NCBI RefSeq assembly: GCF_902652985.1
Contig: NC_047028.1
Location: forward strand, 25,544,001-25,608,000
DNA length: 64,000 nucleotides
Reading direction: 5' to 3'
Origin: Pecten maximus
Lineage: Eukaryota
The position numbers and the translations under genes were made by a program. Shown piece after piece: positions 51,630 through 64,000 of this stretch. Each line of letters opens with the position of its first letter. The first letter of the stretch is position 1. The notes beneath the pieces were generated by a model. That model saw only the letters and a program-made list of their open reading frames with translations, was not told the DNA's origin and did not search any database.

Positions 51630-53126
51630 TCTTTTTCACTTTTTCTCTCTCTCAAGTACAGTGTATTGTACGGTAAAATAGAAAGTTTATGTGTGTTATT
51701 ATTTTCGTTGATTACGTAGGTATTTTCAACCTACTCATATTTAACTTATATATATATATATACAAATCTAGGTACTGACAATAACTTTCAATACTTGTGG
51801 ATTTCTTTGGTACTATTAATCAAGTCAAGTTTAAAATTAGTTTTGGACCATAAAGAATTGAGCCAAACGAAAATACAAGATAAAAAATGCATTAATTAAA
51901 CTAGTTGAATATCTATTTGTCAAGTAAAAGTGTCATGTATGTTTATTATGTATTTACATTTTTTTAGTAGCAAATCTGTATATTATATTTAAATATCAAT
52001 TACTAATTATGAACTAAATCATAAAAGGTCCTATCTTCGTGATGCAAACAAGTAAAGGGAATAACAGCTCTAATACTAAAATAATTTAAGGCATTAATAC
52101 ATATATACAAAGTAATAGACAAGAAGCCGACTGTATACATGATTACCACGTATAGCATATTTACAATGTTATCAAAACCTTATAATCGAGAGAACCTGAC
52201 ACGTGGAGCAATCAAACACATATAACTGTACTTCGCACATGCACGTGTACATATGCAGCCTACCCGCAGATACTTATAAAAATAATACCTGATGTTTTGA
52301 AAGATATGTTTTGTTTTCAGCAGTTGACATATTCTAACTTTTTGAGATAAATCAAAATGATTAACCCTGTAAAGCAGGTACGCAGCAAATATACAGATAT
52401 TATATGTATTTGCTTCTCGTAAATGTATGTTTTCGTATACATATCCTCTTCTCCTTCCCTATCTTTCGTACAAATTTTCTCTACAAAAGGTTGTACATAC
52501 AAAATACCCGCTCTCCCTAAACAACCCCCCCCCCCCAACCACACCCCACCGCAAAGAAGGAAAGAGACATAGTTCGATGATAAAAAGCGATTTGTGCTCT
52601 CTGAATAGAAAAAAGAACAATATTTCAATGGAGTTTATTTTCAAGATATGTCGTGTACTTGCGCTGATGGTATTACACCAAGGTGTAGAAATTAATTAAA
52701 ATTTTGTTTGTTATATGAAAATATATTTTATACTACAAAAATAAAGTCTTTTTTTCCAATTCTGTGTTTTTGTACATTAAGTAAAGGGCTTTGTTTACTT
52801 CTTACTACATTAATCCGAAATAACTATTTCTTGTCATTTAATTCTATCAGGCCGCATTTTGAGCGTTTTTAAATATATTTATGTCAAGAATAACACAGAA
52901 GAGGTGTTGAATCAAGCCTTGTCCATAACAACTTATATCCGTATGACACTGTATGTCACGACAATTTTGAAATATTTTTTCTAGTCTTAAATCAAATCAT
53001 ATATAACAGCTACAAAATGTATTTCTTGTTAATTTTTCCTATCTACCATATCTTAATTCCCATGGTTTGCTTCACTCTTTTCCCAAATAAGAAAAACCCA
53101 TATAAAAAAACACGGGGATATACACC

Positions 53127-54549
53127 TCAGTCAGCTACAAATACGAGCCTCTTTGCTTTCTTGTAACCACCCCCTCCTTGGCGGTAATGATCTTCCTGTC
53201 TAAGCAATTCTGCGGCCTGCTTTGCCATAGCATACGATTCCATCGCATTCCTGTTGCGGTGATCATTTCCAGGGTTCGATACGGTATTCACCATCGGTCT
53301 ATTCATGACAGGCTTACCTCCAAAGTCATCATACGGTGGCGGAGGACTGGAATGGTTGTTTGGATGGTTGTTCATGGCATTCCGTTGCTCAGGTTTTCGA
53401 GGAGGAGGATTTTTGTGTGGATATAGACTTTCCTTGTCATCCGGGACCTGCCAAGGCAAAGGAGTGCTTGTATTCTCCCTATCCACCGCCACTCTGACAT
53501 CAGACGCTGACGTCTGCTTTGCCCCTCTTCTCTCCTGTCTTGGTTCTTCGGTATCATTACGATCAGTCAAAGGACCTTCATCATCGTCGATGTCCTGCCG
53601 ATCGAATTTCGATTGCTTGTGCTTTTTCTTTTTCAGATGTCGTCGACATTTCGCAATGCAGTATATGAGACTGCATCCACCGTATACAAAGACTAGGAGA
53701 GGCAAGACTAGATACATTGCGAAGTTGTTTTTGTCTTCATAGAACTCTTCGATTTCTTGCCAGATGCTCTTATCAGGTTCCGGCGCAGTGCTGTTCAGAA
53801 GTTTCCTTCCGGTAAAGCTGTCTTCGGGAATTTTTCCTGTAAAGAACAATAATTCTTATCAGATGAGCATATAGTTATATGATTGATTTGCTCATGTGTA
53901 CTTTGAGTTATAATTGTGGCTGCTAATTGAAGCTCATCATTATCTACAAGGTGGGTTAGACAGTATGATAAGAAGCATTTGTTTGAACAAGGGAGATTGC
54001 TAGTGTCAAATAATCTAACCGGAATTAAAGTTTTCGTAAAGAAGGCAGTTTTAATTAACGATAATGTTAATAGGCCTAATAATATATATAGTAATGGTAA
54101 GCTCCAAGTATCACGTTTTGCACTCATAAAAATATCAATAAAAGATTGGGACTCAAAGTAGAAATAAATATATTACACATGTTGATGCTTAGCAGAGCTA
54201 AATTGGATTTGTATGGATAAAACTTTCATGTGTTTCAGGACTGTTCTATTAGAAATTGTATTTCTCATCTATGTAAAATATCCAAAGTTGTCAATAGAGA
54301 ATAATTTTCGAGTTTTACTACATAGTTCATGAAAAGGAGTTTTGTTATAAAAGATATGGGGTAAAATAGGCATCGCTGTTCTGTTGGAATCAGCAGTACA
54401 TGCTACTGTATATATGTATATATATACACCTATACCGGTGTTATATTACAGACTGATACAATGATAAAACACAACATACCAGCATAAGCTGTGATAGCCA
54501 TTCCGAGACATATCCAGCACAAGAAGATGTGATTGGCTGTCTCCGTCAT
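53127..54549 (-). CDS. Uncharacterised type I single-pass membrane protein, about 259 aa
   Basis: Exons 54480-54549 (MTETANHIFLCWICLGMAITAYA, signal-like) and 53127-53836, joined by a phase-1 GT-AG intron, 780 nt in total. TM FAMYLVLPLLVFVYGGCSLIYCIA, basic stop-transfer KCRRHLKKKKHK, and a low-complexity tail containing PPPPY. Confidence 0.8.
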
Positions 54550-57500
54550 CCTGCCTTGTTGTTTTTCAAACAAACCTTGCGTTATCGTCTCCAAGTCCTG
54601 TGCAAAGAAATAAAACAGTATATCAATCTTGGAATGCATGTATGTTTCATTATGGCTACTAAGATATTGATTGGTGACGTTTGTAATTATGATTAAATTA
54701 CCTACGTGGCATACGAGTCTACATGATACAGCAGAAGGGTTGTCAAAAGACAACGTAGCTCGCCGAGCTGAAATCAGAAATTGATTTTTTATAAAATAGG
54801 TCAAAGGTTACCGTTTAGGTCCTCAGGTCTACAAATATAGTACCAATGGAAAGGTTCTGTCACAAGGAATACATACGTCAAATATCTTGGCAATATTCTC
54901 ATAATTAATAACACAAAATTGTTTTGTAACATCTTTAACCTAGCTGTCTACAGACGCTGACGAAAATGAATAATGTTTGTAACTGACAAACATATCATTA
55001 ATATTTTATCTTTTATACGGTTTTAATTTGAAAACCCGTGAGGATTGATTATTTTGTGTTTGTTTGTTAACAGACGACCTTTCACGAAGGATATTTTTGT
55101 CACAAATAGAAGCATGGAATCAATCAATGTGTTATATAATGAGCTAGATTAATTGTCTTGTTATAAGCTGTTATATTCTACAACATTTCAAAAAAATAAT
55201 TATCGTATACGTCGCCCCCTTGTTTACTTTGACCGATATATATATATTTAAAAAAAAAACATTTAAAAAAAAAAGTAATGAATCTGAAATTGCAAACATG
55301 AAATAAATAATTCAAAGGCGTATGCTGATACATATATGACTGTAATTACCACCTGATATTACCAGGCTGGTGAAACAGTATATGCATTGATCATCAATGC
55401 AAAATATAATAAGGCGAATGTTTTGCCAATAATGAACTATTGATTACAGTGCTTAATAAAAGAAGAAAAAAAATGTCAGTGCCAATGTCGCCTTTGGAAT
55501 ATTAGACTAAGTAACGTCATTGTGGCCAAGTTTACCAAAAGACGTCAAAATCATGTAATCATAAAATAAGTCAGGGTTTAACATAACAATAGGTGTTAAA
55601 TTAAATTAAAAAAAAACAAAAAAAAAAAAAAACACGAAGAATTGTAGAACAGTAACACGAATTATTTACATCTTAAAATACAAAATTTATAAGGAATTGG
55701 ATATAATGTGTCTCCATTACGATATGTAAAGAAATCATTAAGTCCCATTTGAGTGAATATCTCTTCCTTTCTTTAATTCCACTCTGTTCATTTCTAACAC
55801 AACTGGGGAATGAAGTAATCAATAGTTGCATGATGAATTTTCACATTCATTATTCGGATTAAACAAATAATTTACGAACAGCATATTAAAAGGGAGCATT
55901 TACTTGACAGCCTTTTGTATCTATAACACATATTCTACACGTAGAAAGAAAAGATAGTACCGATATAATAACAATGAAATCCGCAGTTCTACATCCCAAT
56001 CGTCGAAAAAATACAATCAAAAATATAGATTTGCATTAAGACTCGATTAAGGATTAAAGGAATTTATTTTTGTGGACTAGATAAGATAACTGGATAAGTT
56101 TCGTGTATTGGATGTGTAGCTAGAATGTGCCATACATTAGTTTTTAATTTGTTTTAATTAAGTGTATTTAAAGATGTATATTGTGTACATCGTTTAAGAA
56201 CCATAATTCGTAGTAGGACCTATATCATAATGTAGCAACATTCATTTTACTCTTAGACTTTCTTCCTGTCATTCTCATTTGCTTTTCTTTCTTTATAATC
56301 ATTATAAGTATACTGTGTCGCTATCACAATCTTTGTAATATATATTTGTGGAGATGGCTTTTATAAATTGTTAAAAACTTGTGCCAGATCCAATAGTGTC
56401 TAAACAATAAAATATGTTTAACCTTAACAAAGGACATGAATAAGACCAGTATTTTTATACCAATATCTTTTACTTGAAATGTATAAAATTGATTTATAGA
56501 TTTCATCGTCAAAAAAGAAATGCCGTCCACTTTGTACTTAAAAATACATTTGTTCGTTCATGGTAGACTATCAATATTTGCCAACCAAAATAAATAACTC
56601 AGTTTATCATAATCAATATTTGTTTTATACGACCTGACAGAAACCCGTTGTGCATGAACCTAAATTGAGGCGATATTTCCCGTGTTACTTATCAACTACA
56701 GCCACAGAGGTCGTAAACTAATCGTTAAAATGTACAAGGTTGTCAGAACATTGATTTTCACTTTGGTGCTGATGGGCATTTTATTAAACCATAACACTTA
56801 ATACATTTATCTGAAATATCAAGCTTTAGATTAATATTGCCCAAATTGATTTGTTATGAAAACAGAAGCCAGATACCAAATGAGAAATATATCTTTTACC
56901 AAAACTATAATTTTGGATATTCATAATGATGGAAGTTAAAGCTGACAACACTTTGCACAAACGGTCCAAAGCCAAGTTTCTTTGTACTTTTTAACATCTA
57001 GTTATAACCAGTTTGGCAAAGTTGACGTAGGAACGTGACATCTTTAAGAAAAGGACATCTGATTCAAGGTAACGCTGAAATATAACAGTTTTAGATGTTG
57101 ATATTTAGACAACTTATAGGAGAAAATCTGATGAAAAAAAGGAAATTCTTTTCATATATTAATGATATATCTTTCATCCCCAATGCATCGCTTTGCCCCT
57201 ACACCGAGGAACTGATGAATCATAAATCACTGATTGGTTTGTCTTTTGTTTTTCCCTTTTTCTCGTTTATATAGTTTACGGGTCATTAAGAATACTGACA
57301 ATACATTGTATCTACATAGATATACCGTACAGATGAACTGAGCCCCAAGTAGGCCCTATGATGAGAACTTCTCATTGTGTCTACTGAAGCGTAAATTGTA
57401 AAATAACGTCACAGCGTATCCAGGAACAACATCATTTGCATTGTTCACGATTGAATTATTTACAACCAGCCAGTAAGTGCAAACGGGTAAAGTATATTGT

Positions 57501-58584
57501 ACCTGGTAAAACTGGTCGCATTTATGTGTTATCTTGTATCATGATCTGGTGATATTACATAAACACAGAAACCAGGCTGATTCTTTAACTGGCGAACACC
57601 TGCATCAGTTACTGACGCAAAAAATATCTCTACTTATTACGACATATCACCTCCCATACTGAGATTCTCGGCTTATTTCGATAAAGCACCCACCCAACGC
57701 ATTTAACATTTCATTCGAACAGATTCGATTCTTTGGTCATCTCCTATGTCAAAATGTTTCCGAGGAGGACGAACCAGCTGTATGGTGCTATCCGAGGTAT
57801 TTAGGCTCTTCTGTATCTAACTCTCTTTTTGTGAATATACTTTGATATTAGCTAGGTGGTAGGTAATGAACATTTCACTCCAGGGGTTTATTTTATCTAC
57901 TTGTCACGTTTAAATTGATTTGAATACTGTCGCTATTCTGAATATACACATGTACCTTACTTAATTTTGAAATAGAATATTGAAAATTACTGAATTTATC
58001 CCAAACGGGTCTTATCCAGATTATGACATATTTGGCATTTAGCATCATTCATGAGTTACGGACGAATCTGCTTTACGGTTAAGTGCAAATCACTATTTCT
58101 CTCTTTCCTTTTGTTGTACAATTTGCTAGTACTTTGTATGACGTTTGTGCGATCCTTCGGCGGATTCTCCGGAATATTTCTACTATTACTGGCGTTAAAT
58201 TTACTGTCCGGTACGGACACACCGAAATATTTTCGCGGTTAACATAATATGTTTCAATTCAATGAAACACCTTTTTACATCAACGACACATTCAGCAGAC
58301 TTCACCATTAAATGGAGCTGGCCACGCAGAAACCTTCCAAATTAAATGACTAAAATTGATAATATGTATTACAATAGAATGTATTCCCATATGGAGTTCA
58401 TGAAACGTGATAACTGTTCACAAAACCTATTTATTAAGAAGGAATATTAAAGTTTAGAGGCATCGATATCAGAACACAGCGAACCTGCGAATATTAAAAC
58501 GTAATGGGATTCTATTCTGTACTGGTATGTCTAGTAACGAAAATTAATCTCCAGGTACAAAATAACAAGATGAATGCATATTTA

Positions 58585-59615
58585 CGTACCGGATAGCACA
58601 GGATGGTTATATATTTACGGTACAGGATAACAGAGGATGGTGACATATTAACAGTACATGCTAACAGAGGACGGTGACATATTTACAGGATAACAGAGGA
58701 TGGTGACATATTTACAGTACAGAATAACAGAGGATGGTGACATATTTACGGTACAGGATAACAGAGGATGGTGACATATTTACAGGATAACAGAGGATGG
58801 TGACATATTTACGGTACATGATAACAGAGGATGGTGACATATTCACGGTACAGTATAACAGTGGACGGTGACATATTTACGGTACAGGATAACAGAGGAT
58901 GGTGACATATTTACGGTACATGATAACAGTGGATGGTGACATATTTACGGTACATGATAACAGAGGGTAGTGACATATTTACCGTACAGGATAACAGAGG
59001 ACGGTGACATATTTACAGGATAACAGGGGATGGTGACATATTTACGGTACATGATAACAGAGGATGGTGACATATTTACGGTACATGATAACAGAGGATG
59101 GTGACATATTTACGGTACAGGATAACAGAGGATGGTGACATATTTACAGGATAACAGAGGATGGTGACATATTTACGGTACATGATAACAGTGGATGGTG
59201 ACATATTTACGGTACAGGATAACAGAGGATGGTGACATATTTACGGTACATGATAACAGAGGATGGTGACATATTTACAGTACAGGATAACAGAGGATGG
59301 TGATATATTTACGGTACATGATAACAGGGGATGGTGACATATTTACGGTACAGGATAACAGAGGATGGTGACATATTTACGGTACATGATAACAGAGGAT
59401 GGTGACATATTTACGGTACAGGATGACAGAGGACGGGGACATATTTACAGGATAACAGAGGATGGTGACATATTTACGGTACAGGATAACAGAGAATGGT
59501 GACATATTTACAGGATAACAGGGGATGGTGACATATTAACAGTACAGGATGACAGAGGATGGTGACATATTTACGGTATAGGATTACGTTGATAGTGACA
59601 TATTTACTGTACATG
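58585..59615. repeat. 34-bp minisatellite with an interspersed 29-bp variant, about 31 units
   Basis: Unit gtacaggataacagaggatggtgacatatttacg; the short variant lacks 5 nt (atttacaggataacag). Confidence 0.95.
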
Positions 59616-61856
59616 GGAGCATTTTAACTGAAGTTATTGCGTACCTGACATAAACTCATTATTGATGTTGTGTAATATGTAATAACATATTGATTGGGTT
59701 ATCTATATAATGATGTGACGAAAATCGATCGACTTGTAAAACTGTAATGTCGTAATTTTCATTTGAAGCAAACTTGTATTGATAGGTTATGCATGACAGA
59801 AAAGTTAGAAACGATATCGATTCCCTTAAATTAATCATGTTGGCGCGGTATAAGTCCGAGTTTTCCTATTATAAAGAACCGCTCAAGGGAAATATGTATT
59901 ATATAGAACTGATGTCAATCAATGGTAGATCTATATATCATTTCATTGTTTGAAACAATGATATCTGAAGACAGGTACTTTTTTTTTTTTATAAAATATG
60001 AATAGGCATAGATCACACTTAGAGGTATAACATACGTCGGTACCTTTCCTCTATCTATATTTTAAATGTTGTGGTTAAAGGGATGGCACAGACCATTCTG
60101 TTATTGATTTCATACAAATATGTTAACGAAGGATTTTCTTGTAGCACAAAGAAAAAGAAAAAAACCCAAACATCATTTTCTACGTTAAGGACTGATACAT
60201 TATTTTACAGCCAATGGAAATGCTTGTTACAAACAAGATTGAATTATTTAGCGTTCTGAACAATTTGAATACAGAATTTTACATATTAAATCAATAAGTA
60301 TCATTGGGCTACCTATTATTATGATTGGTACATGAATGTACTAGGATTTCTAGCCTCAGGCGCTCTATACCGGGTAATTTGATCATGACTTAAGAGTTTG
60401 GGGTTGACATACAAAGTTACAGTAATTTTTACATGGAACGTTACTTCTAGATACAAAATTCGTACTAGATACAGAAATCCAACAAGCTATTCAGTACTAG
60501 ATTTTTCTGTCCCATCTCATATGTCTGGCAACTTTATGCGACATTTGGCTCAAAGTGACGACATAATTAAGATTACATCATATCCATTGGTTTTCTTACG
60601 CATAACCACACGAGAGGATTTTGTTTAGTCGACAATTTTGAAAGAATTATATTCAATATCGTTTTATTCAATTCTGATACAATTAATGGAAAAGAGTCTT
60701 TCATCTGCATGCTTTTTAAGATAGATTTATCTCAGGTACGGGGTGATATTCTGTGACATTACATTTTCATGCTCTTCCTCAACATTTTGTTTTATGTTTT
60801 TGATTGAGACAGAAATGTTCTCTAACCCTAGATAATGGGGCTTGTTGATACGCCAAGTGGTTCCGTTTTCACCACCCTAATTCTCATTTATGAAATATGG
60901 CCAAATCCTGATTTGACCTTGTTTTGTATGACGGGCGTCGTCAATCGAACAAAAGACGCTTACTCTACAGTAACACATGGTCTTATTCTATTTGTACGTG
61001 TCTCGAGTCTCCTTACAAATCCATATTTTGTTTCTGTCTCAGTCAAAGACATAAACAATGTTGAGGCGGAGCTTGAAATGATTTTGAGTTTACCTTATGG
61101 TTCGTTATTTTGTCAATATTCTTTGTTTTCAATTGACACGGATGTTTCAAATTTTATTTTAAACTTGGACACATGGTCTTATTCGACTTAACCTTTTCAA
61201 TTGTCCCAATGCAAATCTATAAACTTTTTTTTTATATTTGCCCTAGTGTTATCGATTTCGAGCTAGAATCACGTTATTAGAAGCCTCCTGTTGTAGTTGT
61301 CCAACTACCTCATCCCAAATACGATGGATATTCGAACCCTGCCACATACTAAAACATATCCCATTAAAGTGCCCTATCTTATGTAATTACCATTCTACAT
61401 CATAAAGGGAAAACTATACCATATATTGTTACAATGGAACTTTGTCATGATTACTATTAATGTTTAAATATACGTTTGAAGATTCCACAGAGGCTTGCTA
61501 TGTATTAATCGTATTCAAGCAAATCGAACTGTGGGTAAAATCCCCTCTTAGAAGAAACATTTCCTTTTGTTGTGAAATAAGGCAAAATGTCTTATGAAAA
61601 CAGATGAAAGTGATTCAACGCTTCGTATTCAGACTCAGATTTAGCTTTGTTTTCATATTTCCTGTCACTGCCACCTAGCGGAGACACTAAAAGTTATCTC
61701 ACTTTACCAGCGAAAACCTTTCCTACCCTTTAGATTGTCACAGCAATGTATTTGTCTTGGTTGTCATTTATTTGTAGCATAAAGTCGAATATTTCTACCA
61801 ACTGGTAAAATACAGAAAATGTTTCCCCCAGATAATTCCCCCATTTGTTGATGTTT

Positions 61857-62010
61857 NNNNNNNNNNNNNNNNNNNNNNNNNNNNNNNNNNNNNNNNNNNN
61901 NNNNNNNNNNNNNNNNNNNNNNNNNNNNNNNNNNNNNNNNNNNNNNNNNNNNNNNNNNNNNNNNNNNNNNNNNNNNNNNNNNNNNNNNNNNNNNNNNNNN
62001 NNNNNNNNNN
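61857..62010. other. Assembly gap, 154 N
   Basis: Run of n characters. Confidence 1.
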
Positions 62011-62462
62011 NAACAGAAAAGAAAAATGACATACTTTATATTAAGCTATGTTGTTCTTATTAAATAAGTAACGGGTAATATGCGTCAAAATCTCTTACGT
62101 AGAGCAGTATCAAAACAGCTTTCTATTTTGTTGACAAATCTTACAAAATGAAGGCCCTTTGTGACTGTTCCTGCCTATTGTAGGGGGGGGGGGGGGGGGG
62201 GGGGGGAGGGAGTGTAGTTGTAAGTGGGACGTGTATTGTTTTGACGGAAACTTCCTCCTCAACACATTAAACAATGAGAGGAAACTGATACTTTGAAACA
62301 CTGAATGCGTCACTTATGTAAACTGTAGTGGGAAGGAAAAATAGAAACACATCAACTATGATAATGTTAATGGTATATTTAAATGGTCATCAAAATTGAC
62401 CTCTATTGATTTTAAAAATAAATATATATATATTTAGATATTTACATAATATCTTACAAAAA

Positions 62463-63422
62463 GTTGGAAAAAATGAATATTCTTTTAGATAACATCTTTG
62501 TTAAAAGTGTTTAAACCTAAGCTCTATATCAATTAGACGGGGAACATAATAAAAAAAATGTGCTAAAATAACATTTCAAAATAATAAAATATGTAAATTC
62601 TCTTACTTCGATACGACGTCTATTATTAACGTAGTCATACTCCCCCATAGAACATGTAAATGAAATGGTTTGGATTCCATTGTCATTGTATTTAATACCC
62701 TACGTAACTGATGAAATAATAACATTTTTTAAAGAATTTTGATTTTACTGAAAAATATACCTTATCATGGTTACTGGTTATATTGTTGACGTTCACAGGG
62801 ACATTTTTGTACGATAAAAGAATCACTTAAACCAAAGTCTAATTGTTTACAGGCATTGTGAAATGCTACAAGCGCCATTTTGAATAAAAACTCTGGACTG
62901 TTTGTGTAGATTTAAAAAAAAAGTTATAGTTAAACATGCCAAAGCCAACACTTCATTTAAACACAAATAAATACTTACCGATCAAGCTGTTATAAAAATT
63001 TCAAAGAATCTTCTTTACACTGTTTTATGGTATATTGTTCAGGCTCTCTGTTTTAGCCAAGCTCCGATATTTTCTGTCACACCTAGCGCGTTCATTAAAA
63101 TTGGATATATATCGCAAGGTCTACGGCATTGGGTCGATATTCCATGCCAATGTTCCATGAAACTGGAACCAAGCCGTGATGACAGAGGCCTGACGCGGGA
63201 TAATATGTCAATATTAATCAATTCAATTCAGGCTTCTTTATAAGAGTTCAGTAACACAGAATCAGGAATGTTAAGATATATCACATCCTTATCCGAACTA
63301 TGTTAATTCAAATTTGGAAAAAAATAAATATTCTTTTAGATAACATCTTTATTAAAAGGGTTTCAACCAAAGCTCTTTATCAATTAGAAGGGGAACATAA
63401 TAATAAAAAAGGTTCTAAAATA
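62463..63422 (+). repeat. Dispersed direct repeat of about 110 bp (62463-62570 and 63314-63422)
   Basis: ttggaaaaaa..aatattcttttagataacatcttt.ttaaaag.gttt.aacc.aagctct.tatcaattaga.ggggaacataata occurs twice, about 850 bp apart. Confidence 0.8.
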
Positions 63423-64000
63423 CCAGAAACTCGGGCACCCTGGAACCAAGCGTATTAAAAAATAAACATATTAATAAAACAAATAGAAAAATGATTAAAG
63501 GACTAAATAAATAAATAGATTAATAAATAAATAGATAGATGAATCAGTTTCTAGCTACAAACGACCACAGGAAAGAACAAATCGAACGAACCGATTTAAA
63601 AACCCAAAACTAGCAATAAGCACACCAAGGAAAATATACATCGTCATTTTTCTAAAAAAAAACAAAAACAAAACAGTGAAATACCAAAGCAAAAAGCAAA
63701 ACGACACCATTTCAGGTAAGGTATATCATGTAATCACCAAAATCAAATTTAGAACACTACTATCTTCCAACAATGCCATTTAATGGTAAACAGTTGGTCA
63801 AGACGACAAGCATTCAATGCATTATATATAATCAACTGTGTGTTTACAATGTTAATCTTTTTTATAGCTTACAGAGTGATTCTCAGTTCCTGTCGATGAT
63901 GTTTTGTACCGACGACTTTCATATTCAAATTTTCAACTTTTGATGTTTCATTACAGATGGTAAATGTTGATATGAAGTTCGCTAAATACTCTATCTATGT

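Noticed and set aside
53178-53742. Plus-strand ORFs overlapping the membrane-protein exon
   Set aside because: They are antisense shadows of a GC-richer coding exon, with no splice or domain support.
60835-61191. 118-aa ORF
   Set aside because: No recognisable domain. The region contains a gacgcttactct motif also seen reversed at about 39060-39082, which suggests a decayed retroposon fragment.
61730-62063. ORFs spanning the N run
   Set aside because: Artefacts of the assembly gap.

Overview
AT-rich eukaryotic genomic DNA with spliced genes, probably from an invertebrate such as a bivalve mollusc (inferred from the repeat types and gene content). Exon structures were rebuilt by hand from splice sites and reading-frame continuity. 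(1) A minus-strand kinesin-3 KIF28-like gene has 19 coding exons in the window (19197 down to 717) and continues past the left edge. Its first coding intron is a 5.4-kb minor-spliceosome (U12, AT-AC) intron containing a 3.75-kb satellite with a 32-bp unit. (2) A decayed mariner transposon. (3) Two minus-strand secreted PAN/Apple-domain genes, one with a PAN + Cys-rich + VWA architecture. (4) Between them lies a young 2.95-kb LTR retroelement with ~98% identical LTRs, a tRNA-His PBS, a PPT and a 4-bp TSD; it encodes only Gag and has no pol. (5) Two tandem plus-strand AADAC/NCEH1-type lipase paralogs, the first with a 1-nt frameshift; a ~750-bp block flanks the second paralog in inverted orientation. 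(6) A minus-strand gene for an uncharacterised single-pass membrane protein with a PPxY motif. (7) Several SINEs, MITEs, mini- and microsatellites, and a 154-N assembly gap. No prokaryotic features (CRISPR, operons) are present, and most short ORFs in the track are spurious.
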